DNA of 64,000 bases, from IMG/VR virus record IMGVR_UViG_3300045988_132703; one strand, 5' to 3'. The DNA is from a virus. The translations under genes and the position numbers were made by a program. This document shows, one piece after another, positions 23,561 to 31,342 of this stretch (position 1 is the stretch's first letter; the number at the start of each line of letters is the position of its first letter). Under the pieces are notes generated by a model. The model was given only the letters and a program-made list of their open reading frames with translations, was not told the DNA's origin and searched no databases.

Positions 23561-23742
23561 TTGTCGAACAGATTGATGCAAGAACAGGCAACGTGGCACT
23601 TTTTGAACAGCCTGACAAGCCTGTTATTGAATGCGATATGGAAGTAATTCCGAAACCCACCCCGGAGGAACGGCTGGACGCGCTGGAAACTACCACGGAT
23701 GACATGATTCTGCTGATGGCAGAACTGATTGGAGGGAACTGA
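23557..23742 (+). CDS. hypothetical protein
   Basis: Track ORF; ATGA overlap; inside the GC-richer segment. Confidence 0.5.
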   Translation: MIVEQIDARTGNVALFEQPDKPVIECDMEVIPKPTPEERLDALETTTDDMILLMAELIGGN

Positions 23743-23744
23743 TT

Positions 23745-23900
23745 ATGAAAACACTTTCCGCGCTGAAACTGAAAATCATGGTGCGGGCGTTCCGCATCCG
23801 CATCAAAAACGGTGAGGATTTTGCTGACATCGCCGCAGACTATCCGGCTCTGACTGCTGACGATTTGGAATCCATCCGGGAAGCTCTGAACGTGGCTTAA
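23745..23900 (+). CDS. hypothetical small protein
   Basis: 51-codon ORF MKTLSALKLKIMVRAF...; GC-richer segment; below the track length cut-off. Confidence 0.4.
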   Translation: MKTLSALKLKIMVRAFRIRIKNGEDFADIAADYPALTADDLESIREALNVA

Positions 23901-23938
23901 TCCGATAAAGCAGACTTTATGTGATTAAGGAGTAAACC

Positions 23939-24088
23939 ATGGCAGACACCGCCCATTATCAAACGGACTTAAAACTGGAAGAAATGGAAAAGCGGCTGTC
24001 TGCCATTTATTCCAGGGCGGAAAAGGAAATCGGGAAACGATGGAAAGAGTATTTGGCGGAATCGCAGGAAGAAATTAACGAACTTTAA
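23939..24088 (+). CDS. 49-codon ORF resembling the N-terminus of a head-morphogenesis (SPP1 gp7-like) protein; probably a truncated remnant
   Basis: MADTAHYQTDLKLEEMEKRLSAIYSRAEKEIGKRWKEYL...; ends where GC-richer sequence ends, just before terminator 24110. Confidence 0.3.
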   Translation: MADTAHYQTDLKLEEMEKRLSAIYSRAEKEIGKRWKEYLAESQEEINEL

Positions 24089-24109
24089 AAAGCTTATAAA
24101 CTGGCAAAA

Positions 24110-24140
24110 AGAGCCTAGAATAAAATCTAGGCTCTTTTTC
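24110..24140 (+). terminator. rho-independent terminator fused to cassette promoter
   Basis: AGAGCCTAG-aataaaat-CTAGGCTCT then TTTTC. Confidence 0.7.
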
Positions 24141-24142
24141 TA

Positions 24143-24171
24143 TTGACTTTTTAATGACCTTATGATATAAT
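24143..24171 (+). promoter_or_regulatory. early cassette promoter
   Basis: TTGACT-17-TATAAT, TGa extension, then ATTTATAGAAAA leader. Confidence 0.7.
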
Positions 24172-24204
24172 ATTTATAGAAAATAAAGAAAGGAAGAATG
24201 AGTA

Positions 24205-24513
24205 TTGGGTTTTGATTTTATTATCTACGATTATGACAATCAAGAGACTGTTTGTCATGTTGAAGGGTACGATATATCCGATATTAAAGAAATTTTTATT
24301 TGGATTATAACTGGTGATGAAACTGGCAGTCTAACAATGCAAGATGGTACCGTTTATAATTTTGACGCTTCGGATAATCGTTTTGAAGATTTTAATGATG
24401 GCTCCTATACTGTTGAGGGAAAGGAAAACATCGAGAAATGGCTTAATTTTCAGCCGACTGAAAAGGAGTCTCATCTCACTTTTTCTTATGTGCGCCAAGA
24501 GAAATGGGGTTAA
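24205..24513 (+). CDS. hypothetical protein
   Basis: Track ORF; TTG start 8 nt after AGGAAG of the cassette leader. Confidence 0.55.
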   Translation: MGFDFIIYDYDNQETVCHVEGYDISDIKEIFIWIITGDETGSLTMQDGTVYNFDASDNRFEDFNDGSYTVEGKENIEKWLNFQPTEKESHLTFSYVRQEKWG

Positions 24514-24722
24514 TGTTTATGTGGCTTGTTCGTTATAAAGCAAAAGCAGATACTAGCTGGGCGACTTTCATTTCCAATGCTGCTTTGATGAATTTTGCTG
24601 CACAGGATTTTATTGATTACTGGTTTAAACAGCATGATAAAACTCCGCCGCAGATTAAAGATTTCCACGAAGCCCGTAAAGTTATGTGGAATGAAGGTAT
24701 AGATTTTTATATCACCTTGTGA
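24504..24722 (+). CDS. hypothetical protein
   Basis: Track ORF. Confidence 0.5.
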   Translation: MGLMFMWLVRYKAKADTSWATFISNAALMNFAAQDFIDYWFKQHDKTPPQIKDFHEARKVMWNEGIDFYITL

Positions 24723-24737
24723 GAAAGGAAGATTATT

Positions 24738-25187
24738 TTGATTGTTTCTGAGATTGAAATGAATATGAAAGCCGCGCTGAAACAGGATAGAATGGAAGAT
24801 AAAAATGATTATTCTTATCTTTTGTCTCGCTTTCGCGCGAAAGAAGTTGAGCTTCGCCGTGAATTGACTGATGATGAAGCCATTGACGTCATTCGCAAGG
24901 AAGTCAAACAGATGCAGAAAGACTATAATGCAATGTCTGGTGATTTGCTCAACACCCATTATGCTAAGGGCCTGAAGCGTCAGATTGACCTTTATTCAAT
25001 CTATTTGCCTAAAATGATGTCTTATGATGAGGTTTTGGATTATTTGCGCGGAATGGATACTGAGTGCATGCTCCCGACTGCTTTTGGCGCAGCTATGAAA
25101 GCCGTTCGTGCGGAAATTGGTACTAAAGCAGATGGCAAGACTATCTCTCAGGCGTTGAAAAATTATATGGCTCAGGAGAAAAATTAA
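24738..25187 (+). CDS. GatB/YqeY-domain protein
   Basis: Length and pattern match YqeY: N-terminal ..MKAALK.., ELTDDEAIDVIRKEVKQ, YLPK..S.DEV, G.KADGKTISQALK. Confidence 0.65.
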   Translation: MIVSEIEMNMKAALKQDRMEDKNDYSYLLSRFRAKEVELRRELTDDEAIDVIRKEVKQMQKDYNAMSGDLLNTHYAKGLKRQIDLYSIYLPKMMSYDEVLDYLRGMDTECMLPTAFGAAMKAVRAEIGTKADGKTISQALKNYMAQEKN

Positions 25188-25559
25188 ATGAAGATTTTTA
25201 GAATGAAACGTGGAGAAGGCAAAACCTCTCGTTTAATTGAGGAGAGTGCAAATTCTGGCGTTCCTATTTTTGCTATTAACGATCATCGACGACACGTTTT
25301 GATGGAAAAGGCAAATGTGATGGGTTACAAAATTCCTTCGCCCGTTACTTTCGAGGACTTGTCGACTGCAACGAATGTACATTTTGATAGAATTATTGTT
25401 GACGATGCAGAGTATACTTTGCCTGCTATTCTCAATTATTTTCTCGGTATTACAATTGCAGCTGAAGCATTTTCCACCAATACTCTTGAAGATAGATTAA
25501 TTGACTTCAGAACGATTTTATGTGATAATATTTATAGAAAATCAAGAAAGGATATTTGA
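25188..25559 (+). CDS. small P-loop-like protein (tentative)
   Basis: RGEGKTSRLI (Walker-A-like) and RIIVDDAEY (Walker-B-like). Confidence 0.45.
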   Translation: MKIFRMKRGEGKTSRLIEESANSGVPIFAINDHRRHVLMEKANVMGYKIPSPVTFEDLSTATNVHFDRIIVDDAEYTLPAILNYFLGITIAAEAFSTNTLEDRLIDFRTILCDNIYRKSRKDI

Positions 25560-25562
25560 ATT

Positions 25563-26093
25563 ATGATTAAGTTTATTCCTGCTGTTTCTCGTTATACTGC
25601 TAAGTCCAAGGACGATTATGTTTATGAGAAGCCAAGTTTTTCATATTTTATTGATCGAGATAAGACCGGTTGTATCAATGGTCGGCTGTACCATGGCGTT
25701 GTAGTAGCTAAGCTGAGTGGTGGTGCTCGCGACTTGGCAAATATCTGGACTAAGCGTGACGCTTTCAAGATTCGTGAGCTAGAGGATATTGCTTCTCTGC
25801 TTCATGTTAATTCCGATCTTGGTTCTGCTTATCTTGAGTTTGAAGGCAAGGCTTACTGTTCGGTTGATGATAAGTGGGACGAGGATGAGGGTATGAAGAT
25901 TGCTCGTCGCAAGGCTTGGACTCAGTATTATCATGCTCTGGCGAATTACACTTATGACTATCAGAAGCGTGTCGCCGCGCTGTATGAGCAGATTACTAAG
26001 TATGCTGATTTCGCTGCAAAGCGTAGTCACGAGCTGGATATGGAGAATACCGAAGTCCAGAAGATGATTGAGGAAATGTCGGGAACTGTTTAA
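25563..26093 (+). CDS. hypothetical protein
   Basis: Track ORF. Confidence 0.6.
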   Translation: MIKFIPAVSRYTAKSKDDYVYEKPSFSYFIDRDKTGCINGRLYHGVVVAKLSGGARDLANIWTKRDAFKIRELEDIASLLHVNSDLGSAYLEFEGKAYCSVDDKWDEDEGMKIARRKAWTQYYHALANYTYDYQKRVAALYEQITKYADFAAKRSHELDMENTEVQKMIEEMSGTV

Positions 26094-26122
26094 TTGACTT
26101 TTTTTAAAAATCGTGATATAAT
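26094..26122 (+). promoter_or_regulatory. early cassette promoter (tRNA operon)
   Basis: TTGACT-17-TATAAT, TGa extension. Confidence 0.7.
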
Positions 26123-26204
26123 ATTTATAGAGTTTGGGAATTGATTCCTACTCTTTTTATACATACCTCTTTCTTTTAGGGAGAAGCAATTCTCCCTTTA
26201 ATAT

Positions 26205-26288
26205 GCGACTGTGGCCCAGTGGACAAAGGCGGGTGCCTGCAAAGTACTTAATTTTTTATCGTTGGTTCAAATCCAACCAGTCGCTCCA
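26205..26288 (+). tRNA. tRNA-Cys (GCA), unusual 12-nt AT-rich variable region
   Basis: Acceptor GCGACTG/CAGTCGC; anticodon arm GGTGC-CTGCAAA-GTACT (two G.U); T arm GTTGG-TTCAAAT-CCAAC; encoded CCA. Confidence 0.7.
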
Positions 26289-26409
26289 GAACGGAGTTCC
26301 CTACTAGATTCCCAATGGGAATTGAACTTCACGGTTTGGTTGAGTTAGTCCGTCGTCCTCGGTATTGAGTAGACAATCAAGAGGGAAAGATACGAAAACT
26401 CTTTATTAT

Positions 26410-26485
26410 GCGCGAGTAGTCGAATGGCATAGACACTACGCTAAGGACGTAGGATTTGTGGGTTCAAATCCCACCTTGCGCACCA
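26410..26485 (+). tRNA. class I tRNA, anticodon AAG by canonical numbering (identity uncertain)
   Basis: Acceptor GCGCGAG/CTTGCGC, A73, CCA; anticodon arm CTACG-CTAAGGA-CGTAG; T arm GTGGG-TTCAAAT-CCCAC; 5-nt variable loop. Confidence 0.65.
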
Positions 26486-26503
26486 ATAGAAAGGAAAGTT
26501 GCT

Positions 26504-26734
26504 ATGGGCAAATTAAAAATGACCAAGATAGTTTATGGTCGGGCAATGGTTGGAACTGATGCTTATAAAAAGAATTTATCTAGTAAGCGTTCAAAGTGTA
26601 ATGACCAGAAGAGAAAACGAAACTATCGTTCAGCCACAATCAAAACCAATCTGACTTGGGAACAGAAATTGATTCGATGGTTTGAAAAAGTTGAGAAATG
26701 GTTTTTAGATTATTTTGAAAGGTTTTTCGATTGA
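26504..26734 (+). CDS. hypothetical basic protein
   Basis: ATG 26504 after GAAAGGAAAG; upstream part of track ORF 26456-26734 overlaps a tRNA. Confidence 0.5.
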   Translation: MGKLKMTKIVYGRAMVGTDAYKKNLSSKRSKCNDQKRKRNYRSATIKTNLTWEQKLIRWFEKVEKWFLDYFERFFD

Positions 26735-27024
26735 TGAAAATTTTGACTGCACCAGTTATTGATTATGGAGTTCTTGAGGACGAGCTAGTTGACGCTGGTA
26801 TTCTCAAGAGAGAAGATGTTGAAGAAGATTATTCATACATTCTCGGTTTGCTTTTTGCAGATAATTGGAGTTACGATTGTTATTTGAAACTTTATCTCAA
26901 TGACAAGCCTATTCCAAAGAATCTTGACATAAGTGCGACTGTTTATCTGAAAAAGTGCAATGAGATTTATGCTTATTTGCGCGAGAAGGCTCCAGGTTAT
27001 CCGTTCATTTTGATTGAAACTTAA
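26731..27024 (+). CDS. hypothetical protein
   Basis: Track ORF; overlapping start. Confidence 0.55.
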   Translation: MMKILTAPVIDYGVLEDELVDAGILKREDVEEDYSYILGLLFADNWSYDCYLKLYLNDKPIPKNLDISATVYLKKCNEIYAYLREKAPGYPFILIET

Positions 27025-27037
27025 AGAAAGGATTAAA

Positions 27038-27448
27038 ATGAGTAAGAAGAAAAAGAATACTCCTGTAAGTGATTGGGTCTATGACGACTTAATGGAATTT
27101 TACGAGTTTTGCTTTGGCGGCACCCACGTTTTTCGTTCAAACAAAGCTAAAAAGTACCTTTTTGAGATTCTTACTCACGATTCTAATTGGACTGTTGAAA
27201 ATGTTCATAATGAATATTATGTTCTTTATCACAATCCAGTTTATCAACCTCGTGCGAAAATTCATATTCAAGCAAAAGATACTAATTTGATTTGGCTTTT
27301 GTGGATTGCATATACGCATGATTTCTACAAGTATAACAAACTTCCTTTTGAAAAAGGAAAAGGCAAAGACTATTGGCGTTTCGTTGAAGATTTTAAACGT
27401 TATCTTACTTATAAAGGTCTTCATTGGACAGAAGATGACTTTCAATGA
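27038..27448 (+). CDS. hypothetical protein
   Basis: ATG 27038 after AAAGGA; track ORF 27014-27448. Confidence 0.55.
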   Translation: MSKKKKNTPVSDWVYDDLMEFYEFCFGGTHVFRSNKAKKYLFEILTHDSNWTVENVHNEYYVLYHNPVYQPRAKIHIQAKDTNLIWLLWIAYTHDFYKYNKLPFEKGKGKDYWRFVEDFKRYLTYKGLHWTEDDFQ

Positions 27449-27449
27449 T

Positions 27450-27478
27450 TTGACTTTTGATAGATAATATGCTATAAT
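27450..27478 (+). promoter_or_regulatory. early cassette promoter
   Basis: TTGACT-17-TATAAT, TGc extension. Confidence 0.7.
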
Positions 27479-27484
27479 ATTTAT

Positions 27485-27635
27485 AGAAAATGAGATTTAT
27501 TCGTAGATAAGAATTAAAAATCGCTAAAGACAATAATGTTGCTCTAATGTGGGAACGTGAAGGTTACGGTATATCCGATACTGTTAAACGAAATCCCTAT
27601 GAGCTTGCGTGAGATTGAAACTGCTCACCGAATGA
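27485..27635 (+). ncRNA. candidate promoter-driven non-coding transcript
   Basis: Full cassette promoter 27450-27478 is followed by only 6- to 20-codon ORFs until the next cassette. Confidence 0.3.
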
Positions 27636-27636
27636 A

Positions 27637-27665
27637 TTGACTTTTTATGATTTCTATGATATAAT
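27637..27665 (+). promoter_or_regulatory. early cassette promoter
   Basis: TTGACT-17-TATAAT, TGa extension. Confidence 0.7.
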
Positions 27666-27671
27666 ATTTAT

Positions 27672-27853
27672 AGAAAATGAAAGACAGAAGCAGCAAATAC
27701 TTCTAACAACTTGAACTTAAAATTCAAATATTGGTAAGAAGCTGTCTTGATGTGGGTTGAAATGAGATTCTAAGACGATTTCTGCAAACTTTTAATGTTT
27801 TGATTGAATTATTAGATGATAAAAACGAAAAAGTCGTCTTGATTTTTTATTAT
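27672..27853 (+). ncRNA. candidate leader or small RNA upstream of tRNA-Asn
   Basis: Cassette promoter 27637-27665, no ORF over 9 codons; paired segments AGACAG/CTGTCT and AAGACGA/TCGTCTT. Confidence 0.3.
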
Positions 27854-27928
27854 GGATGGTTCGTACAACGGTTAGTACAAGAGACTGTTAATCTCCTAAT
27901 GGGGTTTCGACTACCTCACCGTCCGCCA
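27854..27928 (+). tRNA. tRNA-Asn (GTT)
   Basis: Acceptor GGATGGT/ACCGTCC; D arm GTAC-AACGGTTA-GTAC; loop CTGTTAA; T arm GGGGT-TTCGACT-ACCTC; CCA. Confidence 0.8.
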
Positions 27929-27963
27929 AAAGCGATAACAGAACGCTTCTTAATATCCCATTG

Positions 27964-28027
27964 CCAATAGGGGAGCATTGAGTAGCTATCAATGAGATTA
28001 AGGTGCCTCCACACCGGCCTTATATTT
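27964..28027 (+). repeat. conserved structured leader upstream of GIY-YIG gene, copy 1
   Basis: CCAATAGGGGAGCATTGAgTaGCtATCAATGAGATTAAGGTgCcTCC..ACCGGCCTTATATTT; nested stems GGAG/CTCC and CATTGA/TCAATG. Confidence 0.7.
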
Positions 28028-28043
28028 AATTATTCTGGAGGGA

Positions 28044-28961
28044 ATGGTTATGAAAGTTATTTGCGGGATTTATAAAATTACTAATCAAGTTAATGGTAAA
28101 TGTTACATTGGACAGAGCGTAAATATCGCTCGTCGATGGAGAGACCATAAAAAGACAAGTTCTGATGCAAGCTATAATGCTTATGATAGTGTGTTGCATA
28201 AAGCATTTAGAAAATATGGAATAGAAAATTTTTCTTTTGAAGTATTAGAAGAATGTTCTCAAGAAAGTTTAAATGCTAAAGAAATTTATTGGATAAATTA
28301 TTTTAATTCAGATGATTCTTAGAGAGGATATAATTTAACTCCTGGTGGAGATAATGTTGGTTAGAAATGTCGAAAATTAACTGACGAGCAGCTTTAGGAA
28401 TTAAAGCGTCTTTTAAAAACTACATTAATATCTCAAACTGATTTAGCAAAGTAGTTTAATATTAGCCAAATGGCAGTTAGTGATATTAATAGAGGAATAA
28501 GTTATCCAGATTTAAATGAAGATTATCCTTTAAGAGATTCTAATGCAATTCGAGGTTGGAATTTGCATCCAGAGAAGAACGGATTAAAAACAGAATCAAA
28601 AGTTGATAAATCTAATAAGTCTAGTAAATCTGAAGAGTTTATTAAAAGTAAAGATAAAGATAAACCTTTTCCAAAAGTAAAAATTAAAAATATAAAAATT
28701 TGTCCTGTTTGTGGAAAGGAATACGATAGTAAAGCAAAAACTTGTTCTGTTAAATGCGGAAGAATTCGTGTTAAAAAAGTTAAAATTGTTCCTAAACGGA
28801 GTGCTTTAAAGTACTTAATTCGCAATTACTCGTTCGAATGGATTGGTCGTTAGTTTGGTGTAACTGGAAATGCAATAAAGAAATATTGTGATAAATTTGA
28901 TTTACCAAGAACTAAAAAAGAAATTAATTCTTACTCGAATGAAGAATGGAAAAAGATTTAA
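28044..28961 (+). CDS. GIY-YIG homing endonuclease (Seg/I-TevI-like) with Zn-ribbon and HTH tail
   Basis: CGIYKITNQVNGKCYIGQS..RWRDHK, GYNLTPGG; 5 in-frame TAG (28320, 28362, 28395, 28452, 28851) join track ORFs 28044-28322 and 28470-28853; TAA 28959. Confidence 0.8.
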
Positions 28962-28985
28962 AATTTGCCGGCTTGCCGGCTTTAT

Positions 28986-29060
28986 GCATCTGTAGTTCAA
29001 TGATAGAATAACAAACTTTTAATTTGTATGATGCCAGTTTGACTCTGACCAGATGCACCA
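28986..29060 (+). tRNA. tRNA-Lys (TTT)
   Basis: Acceptor GCATCTG/CAGATGC; anticodon arm ACAAA-CTTTTAA-TTTGT; T loop TTTGACT; CCA. Confidence 0.75.
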
Positions 29061-29121
29061 TTAGCTCGTCTATCATGTGTAGAAAGAGTCTCTGAAACCG
29101 TTTATACGGTTTCTATTTTAT

Positions 29122-29207
29122 CCCTCATTAGACCATAAGGATTGGGGCTGGACTGTAAATCCAGTGTGTTTTACGCCGGGATGGTTCGATACCATCATGA
29201 GGGACCA
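29122..29207 (+). tRNA. tRNA-Tyr (GTA), class II
   Basis: Acceptor CCCTCAT/ATGAGGG; anticodon arm CTGGA-CTGTAAA-TCCAG; long variable arm; T arm GATGG-TTCGATA-CCATC; CCA. Confidence 0.85.
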
Positions 29208-29230
29208 TTTATTTTAAGAAAGGATATATT

Positions 29231-29515
29231 ATGGACTTTTTTGTTGGAAATTTTGCTGACTGGTTCAATAGTTATGCTAGGAATAAGTTATTTCGTCTTT
29301 GGTATAAGGAGGATGAAAAACTTGGTCTGGATGATGGCTATGATGGAGTTTGTCAGTATGTTTATCTGCGACAAGCGATCAATCTTGGTAACGATTGGTT
29401 GATTGGTTATGCTGTATTTGATGAACGAGAAAAAGATAATATGTATCCTAGTTTGAATTGGGCTAGATTGAGTGAAATTGATTTGGCCTGGTACAAAGAT
29501 GATGAGGAAAAGTAA
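29231..29515 (+). CDS. hypothetical protein
   Basis: Track ORF between tRNA-Tyr and tRNA-Asp. Confidence 0.55.
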   Translation: MDFFVGNFADWFNSYARNKLFRLWYKEDEKLGLDDGYDGVCQYVYLRQAINLGNDWLIGYAVFDEREKDNMYPSLNWARLSEIDLAWYKDDEEK

Positions 29516-29530
29516 TTTTCCTCTTTATAA

Positions 29531-29614
29531 TGTCCTGTAGCGCAAATGGATAGAGCGCCACCCTGTCACGGTGGAGGTATATTATTGCCGGTTCGAACCC
29601 GGTCAGGACAGCCA
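29531..29614 (+). tRNA. tRNA-Asp (GTC), unusual 12-nt AT-rich variable region
   Basis: Acceptor TGTCCTG/CAGGACA; anticodon arm CCACC-CTGTCAC-GGTGG; T arm GCCGG-TTCGAAC-CCGGT; CCA. Confidence 0.75.
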
Positions 29615-29904
29615 GATGCAATTCGGAAGGATTGCGAGTCTTGCGCCTAGGAGATAAGGCGTCAAATTGGATGATTTGTGACCTAAGCAGGTCGTTAAAA
29701 GGCTCAGTTTGGTAAAGACTGTAAAAAATTACCAGCCGAGAGAGGATGGATTTGAGGTAAACTACCACCGGCGCTTAGCGATATGTGGCTTAGTCATTTG
29801 TATTCGGCTTAATACAAAGAAAACGAAAGTAACCTTGAACGCATAGGAGTTCTAAAACTCTATGGACTAGACGTGAGGGATAGTCTGAAAACTCCCTCTT
29901 ATAT
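29615..29904 (+). ncRNA. structured non-coding spacer between tRNA-Asp and tRNA-Gly
   Basis: 290 nt with no plausible ORF; many local hairpins (GCGCC/GGCGT, GACC/GGTC, TGGTAA/TTACCA, GAGGG/CCCTC). Confidence 0.3.
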
Positions 29905-29979
29905 GTGCGAGTGGTATAACGACAATTATCCTTGCCTTCCAAGCAAGGGACGAGGGTTTAACTCCCTTCTCGCACACCA
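29905..29979 (+). tRNA. tRNA-Gly (TCC)
   Basis: Acceptor GTGCGAG/CTCGCAC; anticodon arm CTTGC-CTTCCAA-GCAAG; T arm GAGGG-TTTAACT-CCCTT; CCA; D loop lacks GG. Confidence 0.65.
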
Positions 29980-30464
29980 TTAATCAAAGTTTCTAATTAG
30001 GTTCAATCCTCCCAGAGGATTATAGCTGAAGTGGAGCAATGCCTGGGCTAGACACGCATTGTACGGTACACTGAAACACCAAATAGACCGCGGTATAATA
30101 GGTGTTATAATGCCGAATACTTAATTAAAGTAAAAGAACACCAATCTTTGATTAAATTGGGCTGGAGTTTATCTCCTTGGTCCACCAATCCAGTGGAATT
30201 TCTACTGGCGGCTTTATGACAGGCACGTAAGAAATCTGTCCCTCTGAATAGATACTTGCATAACAGCAAACTTTTCTAGTTGGAAGAATAAAAGTATTAC
30301 TTGATAATACTTTGATCGCTCGCGCATTCAAACTAGAGGTATCTAGTAATAAAAGAGGTCTGGAATGAATGTGTGAGTGTAGATTCTCAGTAATTACAGA
30401 ATGAGGATCGGTTCTTCACCGCCTAAGAGTGAACCCTCGCGGGAGTGGGTATCTCCCGTTTCAT
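29980..30464 (+). ncRNA. structured non-coding region downstream of tRNA-Gly
   Basis: 485 nt with no plausible ORF; composition less AT-rich than flanks; hairpins e.g. AATCCTC-CCA-GAGGATT. Confidence 0.3.
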
Positions 30465-30537
30465 GTCTCCTGAGCTGGGAACTCACGGATGTTTCATAAG
30501 CAACCTATGCACAGTTCAATTCTGTGAGGAGACACCA
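30465..30537 (+). tRNA. tRNA-like element, possible CAT anticodon (non-canonical D region)
   Basis: Acceptor GTCTCCT/AGGAGAC, A73, CCA; T arm CACAG-TTCAATT-CTGTG; candidate anticodon arm GATGT-TTCATAA-GCAAC; D arm does not fold canonically. Confidence 0.35.
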
Positions 30538-30587
30538 TTTACAGTTATAGCGGTGGCTGTAACAGAAATTTTTATCGTTTTAACAAA

Positions 30588-30617
30588 GGCCTCGGAGTAA
30601 AATCTGAGGTCTTTTTT
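30588..30617 (+). terminator. terminator fused to cassette promoter
   Basis: GGCCTCGGA-gtaaaa-TCTGAGGTC then TTTTTT. Confidence 0.7.
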
Positions 30618-30618
30618 A

Positions 30619-30647
30619 TTGACTTTAAGACAAATTTATGATATAAT
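30619..30647 (+). promoter_or_regulatory. early cassette promoter
   Basis: TTGACT-17-TATAAT, TGa extension. Confidence 0.7.
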
Positions 30648-30678
30648 ATTTATAGAAATCAAGAAAGGAAGTTGGAGA

Positions 30679-30912
30679 ATGACAGTTAAAGATTTGCTCA
30701 ATGTACTGTGCAAGTATCAGTGGATTGAGATTGCTGGCGATTTTTATAGTGAAAGTCCTCATTTCACGGGAACTGTAAAAGATTTAATGGGCGAAGATGA
30801 ATATGAGTTCCTTTGCGCGCAGAAAGTTAATGGAATATTTTCTGAAGCTGAAGATAAAAGCCATTATATTCTTGTTTATTATAATGATTCTGAGTTAGGA
30901 CAGGTGTGGTAA
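30679..30912 (+). CDS. hypothetical protein
   Basis: ATG 30679 after AAAGGAAGTTGGAG of the cassette leader. Confidence 0.55.
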   Translation: MTVKDLLNVLCKYQWIEIAGDFYSESPHFTGTVKDLMGEDEYEFLCAQKVNGIFSEAEDKSHYILVYYNDSELGQVW

Positions 30913-31130
30913 TGATTTTTAATGGAAAAGAAGTTGGAGAACTTCATCATCTAACCTTTCGCCATAGTAATTTTCCTAATAAGCAAAATTTTGCTCCAAC
31001 TGATTTATTTGGCGTAAAGAAATTCTTACGCGATCATCCAAAAGTTAATGTGCTTGATTTTTCGCAATTCTGCTCGGATAACACAGTCTATACCACTGTC
31101 TGGTATACTGTCCCGCGCAATCAAAATTAA
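30912..31130 (+). CDS. hypothetical protein
   Basis: TAATG overlap; track ORF 30906-31130. Confidence 0.5.
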   Translation: MIFNGKEVGELHHLTFRHSNFPNKQNFAPTDLFGVKKFLRDHPKVNVLDFSQFCSDNTVYTTVWYTVPRNQN

Positions 31131-31149
31131 ACTCAAAAGGAGGAGCATT

Positions 31150-31341
31150 ATGGAAATGTTTGCTTGGACTTTGTATTACACTTATACCAAGGATGGTAAA
31201 TCTACTCGACGAGTTTCTACCATTAATGCCCCTACTCTTGGACGAGCATTTCAGATCTTACGTCATTATATGATTAAAAATTCTGACGAATATATTACTG
31301 ATCTTTGCGCAGAGCGCAAGAAAATTAAGAAAGAGGATTAA
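31150..31341 (+). CDS. hypothetical protein
   Basis: AAAGGAGGAG then ATG 31150. Confidence 0.55.
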   Translation: MEMFAWTLYYTYTKDGKSTRRVSTINAPTLGRAFQILRHYMIKNSDEYITDLCAERKKIKKED

Positions 31342-31342
31342 A

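Larger units (their letters stand above)
22440..24090 (+). other. GC-richer mosaic segment (fibre C-terminal domain plus three small ORFs)
   Basis: Visible composition jump inside the Gly-X-Y tract near 22440; return to AT-rich sequence at terminator 24110; no in-frame TAG inside. Confidence 0.55.
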
